Positions 22,866-34,853 of a stretch of DNA of 64,000 nt are shown piece after piece. The translations under genes were made by a program, and so were the position numbers. The notes beneath the pieces were generated by a model. That model was given only the letters and a program-made list of their open reading frames with translations. It had not been told where the DNA came from and did not search any database. Source of the stretch: Takakia lepidozioides (lineage: Eukaryota; Plantae; Bryophyta); the NCBI GenBank assembly GCA_030704615.1, contig CM060732.1:60946001-61010000 (forward strand). The letters are read 5' to 3'. Within the stretch, counting starts at the first letter, position 1. The number at the start of each line of letters is the position of its first letter.

Positions 22866-25510
22866 TCACCCGTCAACTTTGGGAGATTGACCAATCTCAC
22901 CTTCTCTCCCAAAGCCCACTGTACCACTATGTCTAAAGCAGCCAAGCGCTGCTTGAAGGTTGACTTCAATTTCTTCAATTCGAGTAACAAAAGCTTCTAC
23001 AGAAGGCATCACATCATGCAAAGTTGTGACACCCATCACATGTTTAGCAATTGTCTGCTTTCCTGCATATGACAAGTGTTTTAGTACCTTGTACTTGTCA
23101 TCTGTCACAAACATTTTTGCTGATGTTGCTGCTGTTGGCCACACATACTCCTCATCCACACTAAACCTCTTTTTCTTTGGAATCCTGCAGCTCTTTCGGG
23201 AGGTAATCAGCCCTGCTGCACTGACCTGCACTGGCCTCCTTTCCTCTCCAAGAACTGGAGGTTTGCTCATTGAAGTCTTGGACCTCAAATGGTTAATTGT
23301 TGCTTCAATATCTCCCCTTGTGCCTATCACTGCAGCCTCCACTTGATTCTGGAGTAAATGCCCAACCATATGGGTTAAGTTACACACATTCAAGACAGCA
23401 CAAAGTAGCAAGTTACCAGATTTCTACTTAAAAACAGACCTGCATGAGTCCCTCAGAATGCAATATCTCCTCCAGCACCTTCAACTCTGGCGTTATGTCC
23501 TGTCCACAAAAGGATTATTTGTTAACTTCACTGCTCTCCATGCAATAGTCAGTGCCCACATAAAACCGTCACTGAATTTTTACTGCCTAGCACTTTCAGC
23601 CAATTCTTTCAACAACAGTTGTTGCTTAGGGTGGGACCATATTCAGTCATTAACTTTGTGACAATCCAGTTCCCATGACCATACTTCCAAGCTCATCCAT
23701 AAACAACATAACTCCTATGCTTGCGAGATAGATCCTCTCTAATTTATTTTGACAGAACAAGGAAGGACTGGGCATTGTCCGTACCTCACAGAGATTGACA
23801 AAGTCAAACATTGCAGCGAAAAATTTACAGCTACACTGCCACATTAACTATCACATCTCAATGAACAACTTTCTGTGTCTGGAGCTGAGGAGCATGGAGG
23901 TGGAGTGAGAGGAGTTACTGGGTGGCTGTCTTGGGCTGGGGTCGGTGATGGAAAAAGTGGACTTGGTAGTGTGTTTAGTACCTCGGTACCCAAGTGAGTT
24001 GTGCCCCCAGGTCCCATCCCAACAACTCCCCCGTTGTTACCAGGCAAGTTGTTCTGGCTCATTGATGGGGCTCCAGCCCCCATGTCAGTGCCCATGCGAG
24101 CCACATTTGACGCCATCATCTGCAACACAAACAATCAGATTCTCATATTTGTACCAACCCACCCACCTTGCGAACTTTGACAACTTAGCCAGCTGACCAT
24201 GGCAGACATCCAAAGCTTGCTTGAATAAGACAGACAGATCTCCAGTTAGCAGAAATGGACCCTATGCCTCAATTAATACAAGGAAGAACTATCAGATAGA
24301 ACTATCTAGCTACCTCCATCATAGACAACAATATCAATCCAGGACAACGACAACTTTGCATTTCATTGTTGGACAAACAAATAACTATCTGAAGAGTAGT
24401 CTAGAACCAATTTGTAAGTCATGCCTGGTAAGTCATACCTGTTGCTGGGGAGGCAGCTGGCCTGGAGGTAAACCATGTTGTGGATATGCCATCCCCATTG
24501 GACTGGTCTGTTGTATCATAGAGTATCAAACTGGAAAAATAAAGATGATTTGGCTGCTTGTGAAGCAGTTGTGAAGCAGGTGAATCAATACCACACAAAA
24601 TAGCCCAGACAATTTTTTCAGAATGAAGAGCAAGAGGGATAGCAACAAACCTTAGTGGAGGTGCCAATCCCAGCAGTCTCAGCATGAGGGATTGTAATCA
24701 CCAGCTAGAATCTGTCCTCTTCAGTGCCTGCCAAGAGGAGTCAAGATCTTACATCAGCATCCAAGCAGTAGAGAACCTGAACAACAACCCTAATATCTTT
24801 CTAAAGGTGCAGGACCGAGCCAAGGTATGGGGGAAGCACATACCGAGCCAAGTTTTTTGCCCTCGGAGTGCTTAAACTCCTTGAATTTTTCGTAGAGATC
24901 GTCGATCTTCCATCGCATCAGAACTGTCGTGCCCTAATGCTCAAAAAGCAAGGCAGCAAGAGTTGGTCCCCGCTCCCGGATGAAACTCTTCACCTGTTGT
25001 TGCGATGAATCATTGTGACGCATATTCGTTGAGAAGAAAGACTTCACTAGAGGATCCTCCCTGTCTCTAAACCACTCCCTAAATAAGCTGCAAATTGTTG
25101 TTATAAGTCCTCCACTGGCGAGGATGATACTTCCGTAGATATGCTCGTCCATACTCCGTAGTTGGGACATTACGGGGTCGCTTCCCAAAAACTCGCTCGT
25201 AGGATGGTGCAGGAATTTCACCACTCTCCATGACCATGACAAGCTGTGGATCAGCTTGTGGCTGAGGAAGCACCACTGGCATTGCAGGGACAACCGCTGG
25301 CAAAGAAACAGGCTTTAAACACTTCTCTCATGAGTGGAGCCATCATCATGGGAGGGCAAAGGGACCATCGCTGCTGCATTCCGTGGTAGTCCACAGTGAG
25401 CGCAAAATTTTGCCTCCAACGATATACATCTCTCCCCACAACCCTCGCAGAATGCAAGTATACCTCGCTTATCGCTGACCTGAGCTTCCATCGTGAACTG
25501 CCCCTCACAT
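22866..25510 (-). pseudogene. Degraded multi-exon ORF of unknown function, probably the accessory gene of the adjacent EnSpm-like element
   Basis: Chain of minus-strand coding-like fragments with stops, downstream of and co-oriented with the transposase. Includes a CUE/UBA-like segment QVEAAVIGTRGDIEATINHL. Confidence 0.35.
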
Positions 25511-27249
25511 CAGAAAATTGCCAAAAAGGGTCAAGTCACCCCGGTTGCATGACAATTTTCAGACCATTCATCACAATAACACCATCAATAGCAGTTTCAG
25601 AGAACCTTGTTCAGAAAGCACAAAAGGCGGCCCCCACTGTTCTGCTCCAATTATGGCCAATGTGCTGTCAATTACACTCTGTAACTCAAAAATACCACAC
25701 AGCCTGAGTCAACCAAGACACCAAAGCTCTTGACAACAATTCAAACTGACCATAATTATATAGTGCTTAGATTGTGAGCAGCAATTGTGTCTCGCTTTCT
25801 TTCAGCAACTGCCACTGCAGTCTACTTAATGGACACAAACATAATGGAACTTAAAATCAACAATTTCTAAATTTAGGCCAAGTCTTAAGGGTAGAGGACA
25901 GGAGTCAAGTGAGTCCTACATAGGCAGTCTTTTCCACTCTCTCAGCCTTTCATCATATTGGGGAATGACCTGATGTATATATGTCAGTGTGGAATACCAG
26001 GTCTGTGAACGTAAGAACCTGAAGATTCTGTCAGCTCTGCTCTTCACCAAATCAGACTTTGCACTGAAGTCATAGAGGACACCTGAAAGAGGACAGGTGA
26101 GTATGATCAACTTTGCAGTTAGCAAGGTGTGACATTTTCTGTACCCAGACACTGCTTAGTTACCCGGGTTGACCAGAAGAGACCATGACGCCTCTGTCAT
26201 CGTTATTGAGCTAGTTCCATGCAGGTGAGACCGGCCCGCTTCCCAAGGCTCAGGCTCTTGTGTAGGTCTCTGATGAAAGAAACTTTTACCTCCAGGGAGA
26301 CCTTATGCAAGGCATGGACAAGGAAAATACCTGATTAAGGAGTAGAGTGTCAAACAGTGTGAATGGTGACTGTTTGCTGTTTTCACCTGATCTACAACAT
26401 CACAAGCCCATTCCTCTTTGGGGGAGCCTTTGGAAAAGACCAATGAAGTACCTTCTCTTTTCCTTTACCGGTGAGGAGTCGCCACAGTTGTATATAAGTG
26501 CGCCAGCTCTTGGCTAACAGTTGAGATCAGACGTTTGGGAAGCAGAGAATGTGGGAGCAGGGAAGTAGAACCTCCATCTACATGACAAACAGGAAAAGAG
26601 ACTGTGATGACAACACCCACTCAAAGCTCTAGTTGACTCCAACATCTCAAGTATGACAGATGCAATTGAAGTATGGAGCTGTAGACAGTACGGAATCCAT
26701 GGATGAGTTATGAGTTGAGGGGGGACACCGTAAGCGGATGTCTAAAAGCTCGTCAAGGATGACCAGGACGAGCCTCCGGGCTCGACTGGATAGTTTGACA
26801 GACTGTGAACTGTGAACGGATTTGCCTTTGTATTTTGGGCATGTCGAAACCGCATGAGTTCCCCGGGGTATAGTACAGTCCTAAAAATCGGCATAGGTTA
26901 GGTGCTATTAATGGAACAACATGGTAAACCCCTATTTCTCCATATGGAGATGCGCCCGTAAGGGCATATGACGAGATGTGGGTAGAGGGAACCCAAAAAA
27001 GCGAAGACCGAGCTGTAAAGGCTCGGATAGGGTTACGTGACCTGCGTCGAAAGGTGGCTTACTTGGGTAAAGTGACATTTACTACAATTGGATCAAAGCA
27101 AATATGAGGGCAACTCGGCGTGTTCAAGCACTGGGTTGAACCGTAGAAGCGGCGCCCGAAGAACAAAAACTGCCTTTTTTTAAATTGTGGTGGTATGGGA
27201 GTCCGTAGGCGTTTTCAGGTCTACAATTTCCGAGGCAAACTAGTAACTA

Positions 27250-29700
27250 GCCCCAGCGCATGCGTGCTTTCGTGTGTGGGAGAAAAATAGACGACATATT
27301 TCGATTAGCACCATCCCCACTCCACCCAAAACAGTGTCTTTCCTCAAGTTCAGGTGGTCGAGGATGTAGGGTAAGCACCACATCACAAATAACTGATACT
27401 CTTCAGCTTTATAATACCCCAAAGACGCCAATTTCCTTGGCCAACGTCCTCCCAAACCCTTGGGCCTGCACTTTGAGACGATGACAAGAGAGTCCTCCAA
27501 GCTCTTCATCTGTCCTAGTTGCTCAAGAGTCTTCACCAACAGCCCGACATACTTTTTCAATACACACAAGGCCAACGTGTGCATCACATCGTACACAAGG
27601 TCTCGAGAGATGTCAAATCCATATAAATGATACAACCGCCCCAAAATAGAACTGATATACCTCCTCTTTGGCCTTCTTCCAGCCTCTCCCTCCCAGGAGG
27701 TAAGTCCCGCCAAGCAGTCACAGCAGCGAGCAAACTCTCTATGGTTCGGGTTGGGGGAGCATGACGTGCATCCTTTCTGGTATTTTGGTACTCCAACACA
27801 CTTCTTGCAGCAGAACCTGATGAGCCGGGTCTGCTTTGTAATTCCAATCTCATGTCGTGGCGTCGACATCCTGAATAGCCCCCGTCTTTGAGCCCCCCAA
27901 CCTTGCATTGGGCTGGATGGTCCCCTTTAAACATCATCAATATGCTTCGTAATTTGACCACCTCCCCGGCATCCTGTTTAGGCAAATGCTCGCTTACGAT
28001 GTGACTTGGAAGTGCATACGGTACAGATTGACCACTTGCATATGCATCCTCCAACTCTCGAATAAATGGCTCTAAAAATGCAGACAAAATGTTTGTGTCC
28101 GCTTGTTTAATGACTTTCTCTGAGCTTGCAGGTATGAAAAGTATGGGAATTGGATCTAAGGGAGAGTCTCTCCCAGCATTCAATACCACAATTTCCAAGG
28201 TCCAACAGTCCCTTTGCCTTGTCCTCGCGCTCTGAAACCCATCCCAATGGGCTAGGAGTGCAAAATTTCTTGGATCTCCCTGTGGCATCAATAGCAGCAC
28301 CACACATTACAAAAGCTGTTAGTTGAGTCTCTCATTTTTTACCACAAAGTGCGATAGCAGCCAAGTAGTTATTGTTATTTTACCTTCTCGAACTTCTTTT
28401 CAGACTCCACGCGGGTAGCGCACTCTGTACAGGCAAAAGAGTAACGTCTGGCTTGATCATTCCAGCCCTTTTTCAGCTCTTCACAAATTGAAGGAAAAAC
28501 TCGGAAGCTTCGTTTGCAAGAAAGATTGGGACACACCACAGGGATTTCCCACTCCAATTGAGGGTCCCAAAAGCCTTGATAGGCTCTTAGTTTGCTGCCA
28601 TCCCAGAACTCCTTGATAGAATCAGGTTTGTAATCTACAGGCAACCCCTTCCACTTATCTTTGTGCCTCCATAGATTCAAGAAGGCGTGACACAATGATC
28701 TACTCCTACACATGCTACCTAGCACCTTTCCGAAAGGTAGATAGTCAAATGCTAGGGTATCCTTCCTCATCTTTCCACAGCTTTGGCACTTCTCGCAACA
28801 TCCTATGCAGTCCCTCCTATGCTTGACCCCTGAACTGGGTTGACATTTACAATTCACTTTCATATTGACTACATCCTCGACACTAGGTTGCTGATATGAG
28901 GAGCGTGGGGAGAATGTGCATAGCCTGTACAAAGTCTCCACCTCTCTGGCTCCACAATGCCAATGCCTCTATAGCAATCCATTAGTTGATTCCATGACGT
29001 AGGGGCTCGGAAACCATCTAGGTCCCCATCCCAATCTGGACCTGCGAGCGCCAACATACAGCCAAGGGATAAATTCCTGTAGTCCAGCCCTCTACCACTC
29101 AAATCCACAGGCTGTGTAGTCAAAGACCCAAACATTTGCTTGAGCATCTCCTCTTGCACATGGATTGGTGTGTGACAGTCATCCCACACGGTTTGCAAGT
29201 TGATAATACGGCTCATAATGGCTTGATGCAGATTTTGGGCTTGGGCCTCGACCCTCAATACTGGATGTTGGCTTGAGATGCCGGATGGGGAGCCTACATA
29301 TGGGGCTCAGCAAACATAAGATTTTGTCCCATGGTCGCATAGCCGAGGTGTTGTTGTACTGTGGCACATGACCACATTCGGGTCCCTTGGCAAACAGGGC
29401 AAAAACATCTTTCCAAGTCTTCATTTGATTCCTCTAGTGGTGGTGTCCTCATACTTGTCCCTGCTTCCTCTCTTGAAGTGGGCACCACATCCTCAGCTTG
29501 TAGCTTTGCAACGCTATAGTGAATGAGTCCCTTTAAAGACTTTTGCTCGTGGTCATACCACATTCTCCTTGGCAACCAAGAGAAACCAGGATGGAAGTGC
29601 ATGCACTTGTACGAGCAACTGCATTTCAAAAGTGCGCCCTGCAGGCTACCCCATTCACCCAACAAACACAGTCTCAAGCTAAAGTTTGTTTTTGGCATCA
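27250..29700 (-). mobile_element. CACTA/EnSpm (CMC)-like transposase pseudogene, divergent from the plant TNP2 type
   Basis: ERCFCPVCQG..VQQHL (transposase-associated zinc motif), IKEFWDGS, LLAHWDGFQ, FLEPFIRELE, GDHPAQCKVGG..GYSGCRR, YDVMHTLAL and YKAEEYQLF. Multiple frameshifts. Confidence 0.8.
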
Positions 29701-32069
29701 GACACCTGTTTTGCCTCCAACCATTCTAGCTAAAGAGACTACATGCAAACTCTTCCATATACATTGGATCTGCAGTGTAGCCTGCATGTACTTGCGGCTT
29801 TAAAGTTATTTGTCTCACTTTCGCAGGGATATCATCTCTCTATGCCCTTGAACCCCCACAAATTAGCTAGAGATAACTGCATTTTTGGAAAAAGATGCAA
29901 TGTAAGAAACAATGTTCAAAGGACCTGCCTTGAAGGGAACGTACTTTGGTTAACCACCACTGCCTTTGCAAGGTCAATACAAACCTTAAGTGTCGTTAAG
30001 CTTCACAATACGTTCAGAGCTTACTTTTCTTCTTTCTTCTGACAAAGGCCACTTGCCAAAAACCACATCAACAAAGATTAGCTTACTGAAATCAGCTAAG
30101 CCTGCCATACTATGATTGCCAAATCATGAAGTTTACTGCTGAAGGATGGGCTTTACTAGCTGGTTCAGGCTCATGTAGAAGCGTTTGAATTTGGTCAAGC
30201 AGATAAGCATTTTATCCACTCTGAGAGACATCAACCAAACACAAGCTAAGACACACCAACATAAGCTTGTAGAGACCAGATCATCAAACACACCTTGGAG
30301 GAGAGATTGAGGAGGGAATTTCAACTAAGTGGTGGTGAGGTATTAGGGTTTGATGCATGTAGACAGCAACAGGTACACAGCATTCACCCGTCTACATCTG
30401 CCGGGTGAATGTTGTGTACCTTTTAACTTCACTTGGTGGTTCTCCTATAGCAGCACTTGGGCACACCCAACAACACTACAAAAAATGTATCTTCTGCCGT
30501 TGTTTGTCTATGAATGGCTAGCAGGTGCAGCTCCCGCATTATGATGATCTGTCATTTATAGTACTTGTCAGTGCATTAGCTTCAGGGTGTCCCTGTTCGA
30601 TTCAGTCACTTCATGAAACCCATGCATGCACAGCCCAGAATAGCTGGGCTGTTGTTGCTGGCACAAAATGAGAGTTCCAAAAGCTGAAGGGACTGAACTA
30701 TATATGCCAGATGCCTTACCAGCCCTCTCCGAATCAAGCATGGCGCAATGCTGCCAGTCTCTGCTCCAGATTGTCCACTCCAGAGCTGTTCCCATCATTC
30801 ACAAGACCCGCGTCAGAATATAATTAGAATTTTATGATTCAATTACAAAGTGCTTTTCTGTGGAGAGAAGAGTGAGAGAACGCTCTCATGAAGCGTTTCC
30901 TACAACCATTGGCTATAATGTAGTTTTCAATGTCTTTACCCCTTAGTCTTTCCCGTCTTTCCCTCTCCCAGAGCCAGTTGTGGCGGGGTTCAGTCACTAG
31001 GTGAAATGTCACTCAACCTGAAATTGTTAGAGCCCACACACATCCAGCAGCGATCCAGCTATGGGCAACTAGTATTTATGTATGCATGGCATTGACATGA
31101 GGCTCAAAAGCATGTGCTATATTCCAAATGTGGAATATAACATGGTCTTGTGGTCCTGTGGAGACATTCATGTGGAGAGTCGGCCCTTGTCATTGCACTA
31201 ACCCAGACCTGACAACAAGATACAAACAAAGTGCTCTATCACGTCCACATGAGAGAGGGAGACAGATCATTCAAGAGACACTGGGGCCTTGCGGCCAGGG
31301 GTCCTCTATGAAGACAGAGAAAGAGAGACAAAGGCACTCGTAATTGTCTAAGTTTAAGGCATGGATATGTTCCAACTCTTGCCCAGAAGCCAAAGAAAGA
31401 CAGACAGCCAGCAATACACCTTCGGGCAAACTGACGACTCCATCCAATGAGATGTGCACATGAGACCTGCAAAAGATATGGATATGGTATGGTTTCCAAT
31501 GTTTTTTAACTGCTCACCTGCATTGAATTACGATCAGAGGGTGCGTGGATTCTTGGCAGGGAGACAGATTACAGGTTGCTGAATGTCAAGGGACGCACTG
31601 TGAGAGCACATAAATCGGACACGAGGATTGTGCACCAGCCGAGGCATCCATGGCCAAAATATATGCGGTAATTCAGTATCCTCTCTCCCAAGGAAAAGGC
31701 AGGTATACGGCCGCTACCGAAGTCATCATTCAAGATGTGCAACATGTTGTTGTGTTGCTGACATGTCAATAATTTCATCTTCAAAGAAATAGATTTGCTT
31801 ATTCTCTGAATAATTTGGGAAACCTGTTCATGTGTAGAGAAGTGCCTGTCACGGTGACAGAGATCTTTCAAACAAGCATTGAGACGTGTACATTTCTGTG
31901 TACTTCCGAGGAATTAAGTGGTTTACAAGAAATGCATCATGGAAGGCTTGAATCACACAATTGTTTTTGACACATGAGAGCAATTGCAGGAATAGCACCT
32001 CCACCATCACCACTGCTTTTGAAAGACTGCCAAGAGAAGGAATTAGCAAGAAGTCTTTTGGTGTTTATG

Positions 32070-32330
32070 GGGATGTGAGATCACTATGTAAGGAGGGACG
32101 ACTAAAAGAGGCACTCCACATTTAGAACCAACCGGGCATTCAGGGAGACTGCAAAACTTATGTGTGTCCCTTGCAGGGGTGCATCAATAGTAAAGCCCTA
32201 GCAGAGGGATAGCAGGTGCATACCCACATTACACAAAGCGGGCTCAAGGCTGGCATCTTTCTCAACAACACCCTTATCAACATGTATGCAAAATGTAGGA
32301 GCGTGGTCAATGCACACCAGGTGTTGGAAG
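32070..32330 (+). pseudogene. PLS-PPR gene N-terminal fragment
   Basis: DVRSLCKEGRLKEALH..LQGCINSKALAEG*QVHTHITQSGLKAGIFLNNTLINMYAKCRSVVNAHQV. Paralogous to the N-terminus of the 8428-10293 PPR; contains a stop and is truncated. Confidence 0.85.
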
Positions 32331-33735
32331 TGCACTTGGCTCTGAAAGCTCCTTTCATGCCAATTTCTTCCACTCTCACTGCCACTGCCATTGCATCTTC
32401 ACTTTGTCCTTCAGGTCTTCATCCCCAGAGAATTCATCCCTCACCCTCTTGCCCTGCCATGGATTAAAAGAGTACATGTAAGAGCCTTAAATTCGGTTTT
32501 GCACAATTATCTAGTGCAAACGAGCATGCACTGGACTAAAGCAAAGCTCTTTAAACTATTCTAGTCGAGGGTGCTGCTTTCAAGGGTGCAGATCTATGAT
32601 AGCATCAAGAGAATGCTCAAAAGCCAACAAGCCTGAGATTTGCAGCAGAAATCAATGCCCCTCCCCTCTCTGGAGAGGTTGCAGCGGCAAAAGACCGAAG
32701 GAAATGCTACTTATGACCTGGCTCATCAAAAGGGCCTCCATTCCTTCCAACATGACGACCCATCTCCAGTTTATGGAGCTAAGTGTGAGCTCTGGAATTG
32801 TGCACGGATTGTTCAGAAGACAAAGCCATGCAAGAGTTGGCTGCGATTGTTAACTGTTCACCTGTGTTCGCACTTGCATTGTCGATCAGCATTGCGGTCG
32901 GTCGATCGGGGGCCATATCATCAGTCTGTGCCAGTGCGAGTTCCTAATACCTAGGGGAATCTCCCCTTCGTCTTCCCCTCCAGCTTTTCTATTTATTTTT
33001 TATTTTTTTATTTTGTTTTTGCTTTTCTACTTAAAAATTTAAAATGTAGGAGTTTCCCTGCGAGTTTCCCTCTTACAAAGGCCACAGAGGGAATTTTTCT
33101 AGGGGAAGTCAACTTTCCCTCCAACTTCCCCTCTGGAAAACAGCCAAAGGGGCATTCTTTAAGGGAATTGTACTTTCCCCTTTTTGAGGGCTCTCTAATG
33201 AGGGGAAACGCATTCTCATACCCTCTGTGCGTCTCAAAAGCTCCTTGTGTTTAGAGATCTAGAATTCCTTTTGGGCTCGGTGTTGCCCTTGTTTAGAATC
33301 TCAAGGACTAAGGCTTAGCTGGTTCCGTGCTGATTAGTTTGCTGCGGTTCTTCTCCCCCGTTTCTGATATTAGTTTGTTCCTGACTCTGATCTACTTTAG
33401 TGATCTACAGTTCCTTTTTGGGCTCGGTGTCGACCAAGCTTCTCTCCCTCGTCCCTTGCCCTGTTTCCGGGTTCTTCCCCTTGCGTTCATGCCTTCACGG
33501 CCCTGGAGGTTATTTTTTCCTCGGAAAGAACTAGGGCTGATTTCTGCGCGTTATCCAGCGTAAGAGCCCGCCCCATGATCACCAGTGCATTACACACTCG
33601 TGTAATGCACCGGCACACCTGCGATATTTCTTTATCTTTACCTCCAAGATCTTTTTTCACGGCAAGCTACTGGCGGGGAGAAAGCATAAAGGAAGGATGA
33701 AAAGATAAGGGAATCATCCCATTTCCTTACGCAGA

Positions 33736-33844
33736 GTAATGCCCCTCGTGTCGGGCACTCCCGGATTTTCGGGCCTTCCCCTGGGGCTACCGCCCTGGGG
33801 TCAGGCCCTTAAATCCGGGAATGCCCTCTTACTCAGGGCATTAA
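33736..33844. repeat. About 109-bp GC-rich hairpin repeat (copy 1)
   Basis: gtaatgccc..gggcactcccggattt..aaatccgggaatgccc..gggcatta is self-complementary. Second copy at 40439-40547. Confidence 0.85.
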
Positions 33845-34853
33845 GTTACCCTATACCTATATCTCCTTTTTCCATTAATAAATTTGCCAGGGCCTTTGTC
33901 CCTGTTCTCTTTAAAATAATAATAATAATAATCGATTGTAATGTAAGATGATTTTTGTTAACATGGACGGTCAACTGTTGGGCCTCTGTCCCCTGTTCTC
34001 TTGAAAAAAAAAAAAAAAACTGTTGGAATGTATGTGGCCCTTTTATTGGAAGTTTCAACATATTTTGACATCTCAACAAGAATGCGTTCCTTCAATTGTC
34101 CATTGACCCAGAAACCCAGAACACAGAGAGAGTCACTGTACTTCAAATTTTCAAAATATATGAAAGAGAGAAATCTTCCTACCATGTACACATATCCTTC
34201 AAGGAGGGGAGGAATCTGAACGCACTTCCTCACCAAGGATCTATGGAAGCATCAGCACTTAGGACTACAATGTCCTCCTTCAACCATCGTCAGGGAAAGA
34301 AGGCATATTATTGATATGGTAAGTGGTAAATGGGTGAAGTCCCGGGATCTCCATGGCTTCAGCTCATACGCATTCATAATCAGTTTAGTATCTTGCATCT
34401 TCTTGAATCAGCGGCAAACACCATTGCACAAAGAGAGCAGGGATTGCATTGAAGCAGTGACATCTTTATTGAATGTTTAGTAATTCTTCTTGTCACTATC
34501 CAATTCACGACCCTAATCTTGGGGGGGGAACCTAGAGTGGTTGGAAATTGTAGAATTTGTGCAGAATTTGAAGGGATGTAGGAGTGCTCGGCACTCAGGA
34601 ATGCTTGAGGGCTAATATTGAACTGCATCTCAGGAGTGTGTACTCGCAGTAAGGCACAAACGAGAGTGCGGACAGCTGGTAAAGTGAACTATACACTAAC
34701 TATTGGGAGATGAAATACTATTACAAGTTTTGCTATGGGAGGGAGGGTAAGAGGCCCAACCGCTTTGGTTCTATTTACTTAATGAGCAAGGCAATATGCC
34801 TCAATCAAATTGGGTTCGAACTTGTAGGGGCTAAGATCGCCTGTCCAAGTGAA

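Noticed and set aside
30474-30486. CACTACAAAAAA, resembling a CACTA TIR
   Set aside because: Wrong orientation to close the 27-29.7 kb transposase, with no subterminal repeats or partner TIR.
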